Source of the DNA: a virus
Taxonomy: Duplodnaviria; Caudoviricetes
IMG/VR virus record: IMGVR_UViG_3300011441_000002
Location: 1 to 43,665 of that record
DNA: 43,665 bases
Strand: one strand, 5' to 3'
Shown here: positions 7,476-16,313 of the stretch, piece by piece
How the letters are laid out: each line of letters starts with the position of its first letter
Numbering within the stretch: position 1 is the first letter of the stretch
Translations under genes and position numbers: made by a program
The notes under the pieces: model-generated
Database searches by the model: none
What the model was told of the DNA's origin: nothing
Seen by the model: only the letters and a program-made list of their open reading frames with translations

Positions 7476-8095
7476 TGGCCGCCGAGACGATTGGTACGCT
7501 CGCCGCCGCGCTGGCGAAGGCGCAGGCGGCGATCAAAGGCGCGTCGAAGGACACGACCAACCCGCATTTCAAGTCGAAGTATGCGGACCTGGCGTCGGTC
7601 TGGGACGCCTGCCGGAAGCCGCTGAGCGACAACGGGCTCAGTGTCGTGCAGTTCACGCAGCTGTACGGCGAAGACCGCTACCCCGTGTTGGTGACGCGGC
7701 TCCTGCACGCCTCCGGGGAGTCCGTCGAGGGCGTGACGCCGCTGCTGATGGCGAAACAGGACATGCAGGCGCTCGGCTCGGCGCTGACCTACGCGCGTCG
7801 CTACGGGCTGGCGGCGATCGTCGGCGTCGCCCCGGAGGATGACGACGGCAACGCGGCGGTCGGCAACGGCCGCGCGGCAACCGCGACCACGGCGCCGCCC
7901 GAGCGCGTCAAGCCCGAGGGGTACGACGATTGGCGCGACGTGCTCGACCTGGCGGCCGACACCAGCACGGTGGCGCTCAAGGAGACATGGACGAAGGCGA
8001 AGGCCGAGTATCGCGCCTACCTCAACGCGACGGCCCCGCTGGCGCTCGACACACTCAAGGCCCGGGCGGCGAATGTCGAACAGGTGCCGGCGTGA
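7475..8095 (+). CDS. erf: ERF family ssDNA-annealing protein
   Basis: NPHFKSKYADL, GSALTYARRYGL, EDDDG; RBS aggag. Confidence 0.93.
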   Translation: MAAETIGTLAAALAKAQAAIKGASKDTTNPHFKSKYADLASVWDACRKPLSDNGLSVVQFTQLYGEDRYPVLVTRLLHASGESVEGVTPLLMAKQDMQALGSALTYARRYGLAAIVGVAPEDDDGNAAVGNGRAATATTAPPERVKPEGYDDWRDVLDLAADTSTVALKETWTKAKAEYRAYLNATAPLALDTLKARAANVEQVPA

Positions 8096-8745
8096 GGCGC
8101 TTCGCCATTCTCGACGCGCCACAACGCTCCGAGGACTGGTTCGCCGCACGCCTGGGCCGTGTCACCGGCTCGCGGGCCGAGGACGTACTCGCCAGCATCA
8201 AAAGCGGGGAAGCGGCCAAGCGCCGCGATTACCGCATGGAGCTCGTCACCGAGCGGCTGACCGGCTGTTCGGCCGAAGCGCCCTACGTGAACGACGACAT
8301 GCAACGCGGCATCGACCTGGAGCCGCAAGCCTTCGCGCTCTACGAGGCGCTGACGGGTCGGCTGGTCGACCGCACGGGGTTCCTGTCCCATCTCGACCTG
8401 ATGGCCGGCTGTTCGCTCGACGGGCACGTCGGCGACTTCGAGGGGCTGATCGAGATCAAGTGTCCACGGAGCGCCAACCATCTCACCAACCTGCGAGCGA
8501 AAGGCGTGCCGGCGAAGTACCTGCCGCAGATTCGGCACAACCTGTGGATCACCGGCGCGGCGTGGTGTGACTTCGTCAGTTTTGATCCGCGCTGGCCGGA
8601 AGAGTACCGGCTTCACATTGCCCGCGTGCTCCGCGACGACGTCGACCTGGCCGGCTACGAGGCCGAGGTCCGGCGGTTCTTGGCTGACGTCGACAACGAG
8701 GTACAGGCGCTCAAGGGCTGGCGCGCGGTGGAGGGCGTCGCGTGA
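8092..8745 (+). CDS. YqaJ/lambda-type exonuclease
   Basis: QRSEDWFAARLGRVTGS, SLDG, EIKCP, WCDFVSFDPR. Confidence 0.93.
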   Translation: MRRFAILDAPQRSEDWFAARLGRVTGSRAEDVLASIKSGEAAKRRDYRMELVTERLTGCSAEAPYVNDDMQRGIDLEPQAFALYEALTGRLVDRTGFLSHLDLMAGCSLDGHVGDFEGLIEIKCPRSANHLTNLRAKGVPAKYLPQIRHNLWITGAAWCDFVSFDPRWPEEYRLHIARVLRDDVDLAGYEAEVRRFLADVDNEVQALKGWRAVEGVA

Positions 8746-9251
8746 CCAGCGACATTCCCGAGTGGGATCTCACGGTCGACACCGAGGGCCGCGTGACCTT
8801 CGCGCACCCGGGGCAAGCGCACGCTTACCTGCGCCGTCTGCGCGCGACGGCCGGCGAGGTCATCGTCGGCCAGTTCTACGAGGTCCGCGCCAAGCGGAGC
8901 GACCGCCAGAACCGCGCCTTTCACGCGATGGTGACGCCCTGGCTGCAATACCACGCCAAGGAGGGGTGGACGCTCGGCGCGCTCAAGCAGTTTCTACTCG
9001 GCCGCGTGTTCGACTGGCTCGAGTTCGTCGACCCGCAGACCGGGGAAGTGACGAAGGTGCTCGCCGAGCCGCACACGTCGACGCTGAGCGTCGGCCAGTT
9101 CGTTGAACTGATCGACCGCACGCTCGAGCTCGCCGCCGAGGACGGCGTGCTCCTGGTGGCACCGGACGAATACACCAAAGCGAAGGAGGCCGCGCGCAAG
9201 CGGGCCGAGAAGGCGTACGACGAGACCGTAAGCCGGAGGAAAACGGCATGA
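8742..9251 (+). CDS. NinB/Orf-like recombination accessory protein
   Basis: KRSDRQNRAFHA...HTSTLSVGQFVELID. Confidence 0.7.
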   Translation: MTSDIPEWDLTVDTEGRVTFAHPGQAHAYLRRLRATAGEVIVGQFYEVRAKRSDRQNRAFHAMVTPWLQYHAKEGWTLGALKQFLLGRVFDWLEFVDPQTGEVTKVLAEPHTSTLSVGQFVELIDRTLELAAEDGVLLVAPDEYTKAKEAARKRAEKAYDETVSRRKTA

Positions 9252-9508
9252 CCGAGCAGGTCCGAACGATCGGCGTGCTCGCCGACACCAAAGGGCAAGC
9301 ACGCTGCCGTGGCGCCAACTGCGGCGCGGCGATTACCTGGGCCGAAGTCGCCGCGAGCGGGAAACGGATGTGCTTTACCGGCGACCCGGTGGCGCTGCGC
9401 ACCGAACACACCGCCGACGGACGGCTGGTCGAGCATCTACCGTTCGATGACAACCACTGGGCGGCCTGTCCAGACCGGGCGCGGTTTGGTCGAAAAGGGC
9501 AAGCCTGA
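9248..9508 (+). CDS. Cys/His-containing phage protein
   Basis: CRGANCGAAITW...HWAACP. Confidence 0.7.
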   Translation: MTEQVRTIGVLADTKGQARCRGANCGAAITWAEVAASGKRMCFTGDPVALRTEHTADGRLVEHLPFDDNHWAACPDRARFGRKGQA

Positions 9509-10248
9509 TGGCGTGGATCCGCCTGGATGACAACGCGCCGCACCATCGCAAGGTGCTCGCCGCCGGCGACGTCGGGGCGTGGTTGTGGGTGTGCGGGTTG
9601 GCCTACTGCCAGCGCCACGCCACCGACGGGCTGATCCCCGTCGAGGCGGTGCCGTTCCTGGGCTGCCGGGGCTGGAAGGTCGGCGCCGCCAAGCTCGTGG
9701 CGGCCGGGTTGTGGGTGCTGGACCCGGCTGGCTACCGGGTTCACGACTTCCTGCAATGGAACGACAGCGCGGAGTTACGTCGGCAACGGACACGCGACGG
9801 CAACGACCGTGTAACACGTTTCAGGGAACGGCAGAAACAAGACGGTAACGCCGTTGGTAATGCGACACCTATACCTACACCGAAACCAATACCGATACCG
9901 AAGGGCGAAGAGCGTTCGCGCGCGCCCGTCGGCGGGCTGATTACGCCACCGAAAAACTGGGGCCTAAACCACGGCACGCACGTTACGGGCTTCTGTGACT
10001 GGATGTGCTTGTTAGCTGAGGACTTCGGGCGATTCGCGAACCGTCTTGGCGGCGACGACAAGGCGCTGGCCTGGGCGCATTCCGTGCGGGCGTCCGGCGT
10101 CGTGCCCACGAAAAAACCGTGGGAATTTTGGAACGAACAATTCGACGCGGCGCATGGGTCTGCGACGTCGGCGGGCGGGTTCTCGAAGGCCGACTGGGAC
10201 GCGCACGCGCCTGGTGGGGCCATCGACAAGAAGCTGGGGCTCGCATGA
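9508..10248 (+). CDS. Phage replication initiator (O-like)
   Basis: MAWIRLDD...HRKV...LWVCGLAYC...VHDFLQWN N-terminus, followed by a low-complexity linker carrying DNA repeats. Confidence 0.8.
   Translation: MAWIRLDDNAPHHRKVLAAGDVGAWLWVCGLAYCQRHATDGLIPVEAVPFLGCRGWKVGAAKLVAAGLWVLDPAGYRVHDFLQWNDSAELRRQRTRDGNDRVTRFRERQKQDGNAVGNATPIPTPKPIPIPKGEERSRAPVGGLITPPKNWGLNHGTHVTGFCDWMCLLAEDFGRFANRLGGDDKALAWAHSVRASGVVPTKKPWEFWNEQFDAAHGSATSAGGFSKADWDAHAPGGAIDKKLGLA
9774..9900. other. Putative replication origin within the initiator gene
   Basis: Repeats of cgg(c/t)aacg and gtaac, followed by AT-richer atacc repeats. Confidence 0.4.
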
Positions 10249-10676
10249 CACTCGCCGATTGGACGCCGCTGTACGCCCGGCTGTGCGCCGGCCTGAGCCG
10301 CAAGGAGAGCCCGGCCCAGAGCCGCGCCTACTTCGATGCGGTGAGCGAGTTCCCGGCGTCGGTGGTCGCTGACGCGGTCGTGCAGGCGTGCTCGACAACT
10401 TGGCCGCCGACGCATCCGCACGCCGGCGAGTTGCGCGGGCTGGCGATCAATATCCGCCGGGCGCGGACCACCGTCCCGGCGTCGGCCTGTGATGTCTGCC
10501 ACGGCGACAAGTTCACGTACTCGACCTGTGAGGGCTGGCACTCGGTCAACGGCAAGGCCGAGCCGGTGAACCGGCAGCAGCTCTGCCGGCGCGACTTCCC
10601 TCACGCAAAACACAAGGACGCCCATTTTTGCCCACAGTGCCATCCGGCGGCGCGGCGGACGGAGCCGGCGGCATGA
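10245..10676 (+). CDS. Putative helicase loader/inhibitor-like protein with a Cys cluster
   Basis: Follows the initiator; YFDAVSEFP...PHAGELR and CxxC motifs. Confidence 0.55.
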   Translation: MTLADWTPLYARLCAGLSRKESPAQSRAYFDAVSEFPASVVADAVVQACSTTWPPTHPHAGELRGLAINIRRARTTVPASACDVCHGDKFTYSTCEGWHSVNGKAEPVNRQQLCRRDFPHAKHKDAHFCPQCHPAARRTEPAA

Positions 10677-10846
10677 CCGTCGCCGAACTCGTGATGCTAC
10701 TGGCGCAGTACCCGGTGACGTACGAGGTCGTGTTCGCCGATGCGGGCCGGCTGGCGATGGTGACGCACGGGGCCGCCGAGGACAAGCGCCGGGTGGTGGT
10801 GCTCTACGTCGAAGCGCCGGCCGCACCGACGGAGCCGACGCCGTGA
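10673..10846 (+). CDS. Hypothetical protein
   Basis: MTVAELVMLLAQYP...EVVF, a common small phage protein pattern. Confidence 0.6.
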   Translation: MTVAELVMLLAQYPVTYEVVFADAGRLAMVTHGAAEDKRRVVVLYVEAPAAPTEPTP

Positions 10847-11472
10847 TCGCCGCGTTGTTCGTCGAGGCGCGCGGGGTGTACGCCGGGTTGCCCGATGTCG
10901 ACGTGTGGCCGCTTGAGCGCGACGCGCGCCTCTACGCCGGCCCGTGGCCGGTCGTCGCGCATCCGCCGTGCGAGCGGTGGGGCCGTTACTGGCATGGCGG
11001 GCCATCGGCGCGCGTCCGGCGCGTGAAGGGCGATGACGGCGGATGCTTCCTGATGGCGTTGCAGGCGGTTCGCCGCTGGGGCGGCGTGCTTGAGCATCCG
11101 GCGGCGAGTTCGGCATGGGCGGCCTTCGGGCTCAGGAAACCGTCGCGCGCCGGGGGCTGGCACATGGATCTTTTTAGCGACGGCTGGGTGTGCTGTGTCG
11201 ATCAAGGGCACTACGGCCACCGAGCGCAGAAGGCCACTTGGTTGTACGCCGTCGGCGTCGAGTTGCAGCGATTACAGTGGGGCAAGTCGGGTCAGCGTGT
11301 CCGGCTCGAGGATGGGTATCGCTCGGCGGATGAACGGCGACGAAAGCGCCATCTACGCCGAGGCGAGGGCGCGACCGAACGACTATCGAAGCGCGAGCGT
11401 GCAGAGACACCGCTGGCGTTCCGAGACCTGCTGCTGTCGATGGCGCGCAGCGTGCGGGAGCGTGCGGCATGA
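10843..11472 (+). CDS. Divergent C5 cytosine methyltransferase-like protein
   Basis: AHPPC (motif IV), LEHP (VI-like), GHRAQKATWL (VIII-like), ETPLAF (X-like). Motif I is degenerate. Confidence 0.6.
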   Translation: MIAALFVEARGVYAGLPDVDVWPLERDARLYAGPWPVVAHPPCERWGRYWHGGPSARVRRVKGDDGGCFLMALQAVRRWGGVLEHPAASSAWAAFGLRKPSRAGGWHMDLFSDGWVCCVDQGHYGHRAQKATWLYAVGVELQRLQWGKSGQRVRLEDGYRSADERRRKRHLRRGEGATERLSKRERAETPLAFRDLLLSMARSVRERAA

Positions 11473-11825
11473 CGCAGCAACCGGCCTTTGACTTCACCGT
11501 GCCGACGCTGCCGACCACGACCGAGGCGCGTGCGCAGCGCGACCGCGGCATGGCGCGCACCGCCCAGGCCGCCGAGGACGCCGTCCCGGACTTCGGCGCC
11601 CGCGCTGCGGCGGTCATCCTGCGCGCGCTTGCCGCGGGCCCGCAGTCGGGCGAGCAGTTGACGCTGGCGTGTCGCCGGGCCGGCGTGCTCCCGCCCCGCG
11701 ACGACCGTGCGTTCGGCCCGGTCTATATGCGGCTGGCGCGGGCGGGGCACATCGTCAAGGCGGGCACCGTGCCGCGGCTGCGCGGCCATCACACGGCCGG
11801 CGGGAACCTGTGGCGGTTGGCATGA
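11469..11825 (+). CDS. Hypothetical (winged-helix-like) phage protein
   Basis: RDRGMAR...DDRAFGPVYMRLARAGHI...LWR. Confidence 0.65.
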   Translation: MTQQPAFDFTVPTLPTTTEARAQRDRGMARTAQAAEDAVPDFGARAAAVILRALAAGPQSGEQLTLACRRAGVLPPRDDRAFGPVYMRLARAGHIVKAGTVPRLRGHHTAGGNLWRLA

Positions 11826-12322
11826 GGGTGTTCGCGATCGACCCGGGCAATGAGTTGAGCGCATGGGTGCTCTACGACGGGCACACTATCCTCGCCCACG
11901 CCAAGGAGGGCAACGACGGGCTCCTGTCCGACCTGCGCCACTTGCCGCACATCTACCGCGAGACCTGGCCCGACGTCGTCGTCATCGAGCAAATCGAGTC
12001 GTTCGGCATGGCCGTTGGCCGCGAAGTCTTCGAGACGGTGTTCTGGTCGGGTCGCTTCGCCCAGGCGTCGGCAGTGCGCTTCGAGCGGCTGCCCCGGCGT
12101 GCCGTCAAGCTGCATCTGTGTCACTCGATGCGCGCCAAGGACGCCAACATCCGGCAGGCGTTGCTCGACCGCTTCGGCGGCGCGGCGGCGAAGGGCACGA
12201 AATACGCGCGGGGCCCGCTCTACGGGATTCGCGCCGACGAATGGTCAGCCCTGGCGCTGGCCGTCACCTGGTACGACACGCACGCCACTCTACACGCAAC
12301 CACTCTCGACAAGGCGGTGTAA
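11822..12322 (+). CDS. RuvC-like Holliday junction resolvase
   Basis: AIDPG, VIEQIES, KDANIRQAL, DEWSALALA. Confidence 0.8.
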   Translation: MRVFAIDPGNELSAWVLYDGHTILAHAKEGNDGLLSDLRHLPHIYRETWPDVVVIEQIESFGMAVGREVFETVFWSGRFAQASAVRFERLPRRAVKLHLCHSMRAKDANIRQALLDRFGGAAAKGTKYARGPLYGIRADEWSALALAVTWYDTHATLHATTLDKAV

Positions 12323-12324
12323 CG

Positions 12325-12834
12325 ATGCAACGACTGTTCAGCGCGGGCAAGATTGGGATCTTCCTCGACGACTTCGCGCCCGGCACCGAGAAGCGGCACG
12401 GCGAGGACACCAAGATCATCACCCTGGCGCTCCGGGTGCAGCCCTTCGACGCCAAGCTGGCGACGGCGATCGACGAGGGGATCGGCGGCGACTCGGCAGT
12501 CCGCTCGCTGCTGTTCTCGCTGACGACCGGCGATCCCAAGGCGCACCTCGAGCGCGTGCGGATTAGCCTGGGCTGCCCGCCGCAGAACCTTGCCGTCTAC
12601 GCTGCGCCGGACATCGCCGAGCCGCGCATGGCGCTGCTGCAGTGCAAGATCGGCACAGCCTACGCGCGCACCCAGAAGGACGTCAACGGGTTCACGTTCG
12701 TATTTAAGGCGACGTTCGGGCAGGCGACGCGCGACGAACTCGAGTTCCTGCAGCACTGGTATCTGGGCCAGCAGTTCGTCACCTTCACCGAGGCCGAGCC
12801 GGTGCTCGAGACGGAAAGCGCGCCGGCGGCCTGA
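12325..12834 (+). CDS. Hypothetical protein
   Basis: Typical codon usage; 169 aa. Confidence 0.7.
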   Translation: MQRLFSAGKIGIFLDDFAPGTEKRHGEDTKIITLALRVQPFDAKLATAIDEGIGGDSAVRSLLFSLTTGDPKAHLERVRISLGCPPQNLAVYAAPDIAEPRMALLQCKIGTAYARTQKDVNGFTFVFKATFGQATRDELEFLQHWYLGQQFVTFTEAEPVLETESAPAA

Positions 12835-13052
12835 TGCTGCCCCTGTTCGACGCGCCGGTCCTCCACGCCGCCGAGCGCCTACCGATGGAGACACTCGCCC
12901 GCCCGGCCCTCCTGGTGGCGCTCCAGGGCATCAGCGACGAGGCCGCCATCTGGGTGTGCCGCTCGACTGATGTCGCGCTGGTGACGTGGCTGGCGCGCGT
13001 GGTGCTGGTCGTGGAGCAAACGCGCGTCCATCTGGGCGGGCGTGAGCCATGA
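12834..13052 (+). CDS. Hypothetical protein
   Basis: TGATG coupling. Confidence 0.5.
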   Translation: MLPLFDAPVLHAAERLPMETLARPALLVALQGISDEAAIWVCRSTDVALVTWLARVVLVVEQTRVHLGGREP

Positions 13053-13219
13053 GCCGGCCGGCCTGTTGCGACGACCACCGGCCACACGCGAAGCCGCAGC
13101 GTGCGCGCGGGCCGGTGCAGCCTCTCGGGCCTGGGCGCGCGGCGACGTGCGAGAAGAAGCTCACGGCGGCACGGGCGACGATTCGGCGGTTGCGGAAAAA
13201 GCTCAAGGGGGTGCGATGA
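13049..13219 (+). CDS. Small basic protein (56 aa)
   Basis: ATGA overlaps at both ends; MSRPACCDDH...IRRLRKKLKGVR. Confidence 0.5.
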   Translation: MSRPACCDDHRPHAKPQRARGPVQPLGPGRAATCEKKLTAARATIRRLRKKLKGVR

Positions 13220-13437
13220 CCATGCATAGGTGTCCAATGTGCGGCGGTCGGTGCTATTGCAAGAACGAAGACGGTCCCGGCGTGGAGTGCGAGCACGACT
13301 GCGCCGGCCATCACGCCGATGTCTTAGAGGACTACGCCCACAACTGCCCGGCGGAAATCGACGGGGGGCCAGGTATTGAAGACTCACTGTGTGCTGGGGC
13401 TGAGGCGCTCAGGGCTGGTCGGCGGCCAAAATCGTGA
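13216..13437 (+). CDS. Cys-rich small protein
   Basis: HRCPMCGGRCYC...CEHDC. Confidence 0.55.
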   Translation: MTMHRCPMCGGRCYCKNEDGPGVECEHDCAGHHADVLEDYAHNCPAEIDGGPGIEDSLCAGAEALRAGRRPKS

Positions 13438-13447
13438 GGTATTGGCG

Positions 13448-14062
13448 ATGAGCGACACGCGCGAGATGGCGCTACCTGAGAGGCTGCGCGAAGCGATCAC
13501 GGTACTGGATGAGCCCTACCACAGAGAAGCCGTTGCCCATGTGATCGAGGAAGCCGCTGCCGCCCTGGCCGCCTCCCCCGCGCCGACGCTGGCCCAGTGG
13601 CAACCGATAGAGACAGCGCCGAAGGATGGCACGCATGTGCTGCTCTACCGTGAAGACTGGGCGGATGACATCGCCGCCGGCTGGTATAGCCACGACTGGA
13701 TGCAATCGAACGGCACCTGGTTTCTAGGAGCCACGCACTGGATGCCGCTGCCCGATCCACCAGCCGCCATTCACGCGCGGGAGACCGCTCCATGCTTGCC
13801 AATACCACAGGCGCTGTCGCTCACTAAGGCCGGTATTCGAGTCGATTGTGCGGTCTGTCATCGTATAAAGAACCCCATCGGCCGCTCGGGGCCGCTGGTT
13901 GCGGACTACTGCGACCACGAATGTCCAGGCTATCGTCAGCCGCCCTACGTGGGCTCGCTGTGGCCGAACGAGACCGAAGCGGCATTCGGCTATCCGGTCG
14001 GCAATGACGGCACCACCGAGTCGCGGGAGACCGCCGAGGCCCGTGGCCCAGAGGGAGCGTGA
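13448..14062 (+). CDS. DUF551-like protein with an extra Cys-rich C-terminal module
   Basis: WQPIETAPKDGT...THWMPLPDPP, then CAVC...CDHECPGY. Confidence 0.8.
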   Translation: MSDTREMALPERLREAITVLDEPYHREAVAHVIEEAAAALAASPAPTLAQWQPIETAPKDGTHVLLYREDWADDIAAGWYSHDWMQSNGTWFLGATHWMPLPDPPAAIHARETAPCLPIPQALSLTKAGIRVDCAVCHRIKNPIGRSGPLVADYCDHECPGYRQPPYVGSLWPNETEAAFGYPVGNDGTTESRETAEARGPEGA

Positions 14063-14331
14063 TGGATAAGCAATTCATTGCGTGGCGCGATCGGTATCGT
14101 CGCTCCACCACATCCGCCGGATTCGTTCGCCGCGCAGGCACAAGGTTTGTCGGCTTCTGCCTTAACTGTAATTCGAGGCTCACGTATTGCGGGATTCCGT
14201 TCTCAGGAGAGTTTCGGTGCTCCCGCTGTCACGTCGTCAACATGTATGCCGAGTCACAGCAACCGTATGCCGTTCGTATCAACGGGGCGATCGTTGTGCC
14301 CGGAGATCCTCGTGGCCAGAGGGCACGATGA
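14059..14331 (+). CDS. Zinc-ribbon-like accessory protein
   Basis: CLNC...CSRC; lower GC than the genome. Confidence 0.55.
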   Translation: MMDKQFIAWRDRYRRSTTSAGFVRRAGTRFVGFCLNCNSRLTYCGIPFSGEFRCSRCHVVNMYAESQQPYAVRINGAIVVPGDPRGQRAR

Positions 14332-14573
14332 GCGTCGTCCTTGGACTGTGTTCAGAATGCAAGAAAAAACGCGAGTTACACATCTGGTCGAATAGCGCTC
14401 TCGATTACGTGCATGGTAACTACGAACAGATCTGCCGGCGCTGCACGCTCGTTAGACAAGTGGCCCATGCGCGTGCAATGGCGGCCTGCCTCGCAGTCCT
14501 GGAACTTGAACTGACGAGGCTTGACGATGACGAGGCCGCCGAGGCCCGTGGCCCAGAGGGAGCGGCACGATGA
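14328..14573 (+). CDS. Cys-containing accessory protein
   Basis: CSEC...CRRC; ends in the repeat-encoded AEARGPEGA. Confidence 0.6.
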   Translation: MSVVLGLCSECKKKRELHIWSNSALDYVHGNYEQICRRCTLVRQVAHARAMAACLAVLELELTRLDDDEAAEARGPEGAAR

Positions 14574-14854
14574 ACGCTCATGAAGCGGCTGAGCGACTGA
14601 GGCGGATGCAGAAAGTTCGTCGCAGCAGCATGTCGAAGTACTCGTCCAGTGTCCGCACTATGCTGACGTGCCAGCACGGCAACGGCAGGGCCGAGCGGGA
14701 CTACGCGCGGTTCTCGGCTCGTGCCGCGATGGATATTGAAGCACTCGATCTGGCTATTCGCTGGCTTCAAGCCGAGGCTGACATGACTCTCGGGCTCCCA
14801 CCACCAGAAGTGCTTGCCGAGATCGTACGAAAGGAGCTGTCCGATGTCGGCTAG
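14570..14854 (+). CDS. Hypothetical protein
   Basis: Starts within the repeat junction (ATGA). Confidence 0.55.
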   Translation: MNAHEAAERLRRMQKVRRSSMSKYSSSVRTMLTCQHGNGRAERDYARFSARAAMDIEALDLAIRWLQAEADMTLGLPPPEVLAEIVRKELSDVG

Positions 14855-15368
14855 TCCTCCCCCCGCCATGACGCGGGCACAGATGATCGCCGCTCGAGTT
14901 CGGAAGGCGTTAGCCGCTGAGTTCGCCGCCGATGACGCAGAAATGCGTCGGCACATTGGCGAGCGTCTGCATCTAGCCGAATCGGCGCTCACCGCCGAGG
15001 GCGAGACCCCGGCCGCGCTGGTGGCGCTGGTGCGAGAGTGGCAGGCAGCCCGTCACCGGCTGTCGTGCGAGTTGTCGGCCATCGACGGCCTGCCCGAGCC
15101 GAAGTTCTATGAGGACTGCAATCGGGCGGCTGACGCTGTGTGCGCCTGGACCCCCGCCCCTGGCGAGGCCGAGCGCGCCCGAGACGCCGCGGCTTTGTGC
15201 GAACAGGTCATGGAGGTAGTTGTGGATGAAGTTGGCTACCCCAGCGAGGCGTGGTTTCAGCCGATGGAGGAATGGCGGCAGGGTGTTAGGGCGAGGGTTT
15301 TTTCGGCAATCACCGCCTGGGCCGGGGCGAATACTGCCGAGCGCGCCAAGCCGCCGAAGGGGACATGA
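14844..15368 (+). CDS. Hypothetical protein
   Basis: RBS aaggag before ATG 14844. Confidence 0.55.
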   Translation: MSASPPPAMTRAQMIAARVRKALAAEFAADDAEMRRHIGERLHLAESALTAEGETPAALVALVREWQAARHRLSCELSAIDGLPEPKFYEDCNRAADAVCAWTPAPGEAERARDAAALCEQVMEVVVDEVGYPSEAWFQPMEEWRQGVRARVFSAITAWAGANTAERAKPPKGT

Positions 15369-15583
15369 CGACCTTCCGCGACCCGGACCTGTGCCCACGC
15401 TGCCGCGCCCGTGGTCGCGTCGTCGAGTCGCGTCGCACCATCCACGGCTACCGCCGCCGGCGCCACGCCTGTCCGACCTGCACCACCCCCGAGGGGGATC
15501 CGCTGCGCTGGTCGTCCTGGCAAACCATGATTCATCCCAAACGCCTGCGCGCCGTCGAACGGGCAGAAACACCCCACCCCTAG
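15365..15583 (+). CDS. NrdR/Ogr-like zinc-ribbon protein
   Basis: CPRC...VVESR...RRRHACPTC...RWSSWQ. Confidence 0.7.
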   Translation: MTTFRDPDLCPRCRARGRVVESRRTIHGYRRRRHACPTCTTPEGDPLRWSSWQTMIHPKRLRAVERAETPHP

Positions 15584-15591
15584 CGTTTCCC

Positions 15592-15792
15592 GTGAAACCG
15601 GCCCGAGCACGCGCACACTCGCGTGCGGTGGCTTCCCTCAAGCGCCCCAACCCGCAAGACACCACCCTCCGCAATGCCCGCGCCTCCCAGGCGCGGGACA
15701 CGAAGCTTGCCGCCAAAGTGAAGGCGCTGACCGCCCGCGTAGACGAACTCGAGCGCCAGGTGCGCATCCTGCTGCCGCTCGACCGCCAATGA
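15592..15792 (+). CDS. Small coiled-coil protein upstream of terS
   Basis: KVKALTARVDELERQV; ATGA overlap with terS; start uncertain. Confidence 0.5.
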   Translation: MKPARARAHSRAVASLKRPNPQDTTLRNARASQARDTKLAAKVKALTARVDELERQVRILLPLDRQ

Positions 15793-16313
15793 ACCCCAAG
15801 CACGCCCGATTCGTGGCGGAATACCTCAAGGATCTGAACGCCACGCAAGCGGCCATTCGGAGCGGCTACAGCACGAAAACCGCCGGCGCGCAGGGGTCGC
15901 GGCTGTTAACAAATGCAGAAATCGCCTCTGCGGTGCAGGCCGCGACCGCCACGCAGGTCCAGACGGCCGAACTGAGCGCCACGCGTATCCTCGAAGAATA
16001 CCGCCGGCTCGCCTTGGTCGACCTGCGCAGCTTCTTCGACGCCGACGGTAATCTCAAGCCGATCCACGAGCTGACCGCCGAGCAGGGCGCCTGCGTGGCG
16101 TCAGTCGAGGTCGTCAAGAAGAACCTCGCCGCCGGCGACGGCAAGGTCGACGTCGTGCACAAGCTCAAGGTGTGGGACAAGGGCCGGGCGCTGACCGACC
16201 TGGCGAAGTACTTCAACCTGCTGGTCGAGAAGGTCGAAGTGTCCGGGACGGTCGACCTGGTCGAGTCGCGGCTGGTCGGGGCCCGCCGACGCCTCGCCAC
16301 CGGAGCGCCCTGA
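15789..16313 (+). CDS. terS: Terminase small subunit
   Basis: RFVAEYLKDLNATQAAIRSGYS...GSRLL...KLKVWDKGRAL. Confidence 0.95.
   Translation: MNPKHARFVAEYLKDLNATQAAIRSGYSTKTAGAQGSRLLTNAEIASAVQAATATQVQTAELSATRILEEYRRLALVDLRSFFDADGNLKPIHELTAEQGACVASVEVVKKNLAAGDGKVDVVHKLKVWDKGRALTDLAKYFNLLVEKVEVSGTVDLVESRLVGARRRLATGAP

Larger units (their letters stand above)
14031..14573 (+). repeat. Gene-junction repeats
   Basis: 29-bp ccgccgaggcccgtggcccagagggagcg is identical at 14031-14059 and 14536-14564; a degenerate copy cgtggccagagggcacgatga lies at 14311-14331. Confidence 0.9.

Noticed and set aside
14031-14573. CRISPR mini-array
   Set aside because: The repeats are 225-280 bp apart, enclose whole genes and are not palindromic; no cas genes are present.
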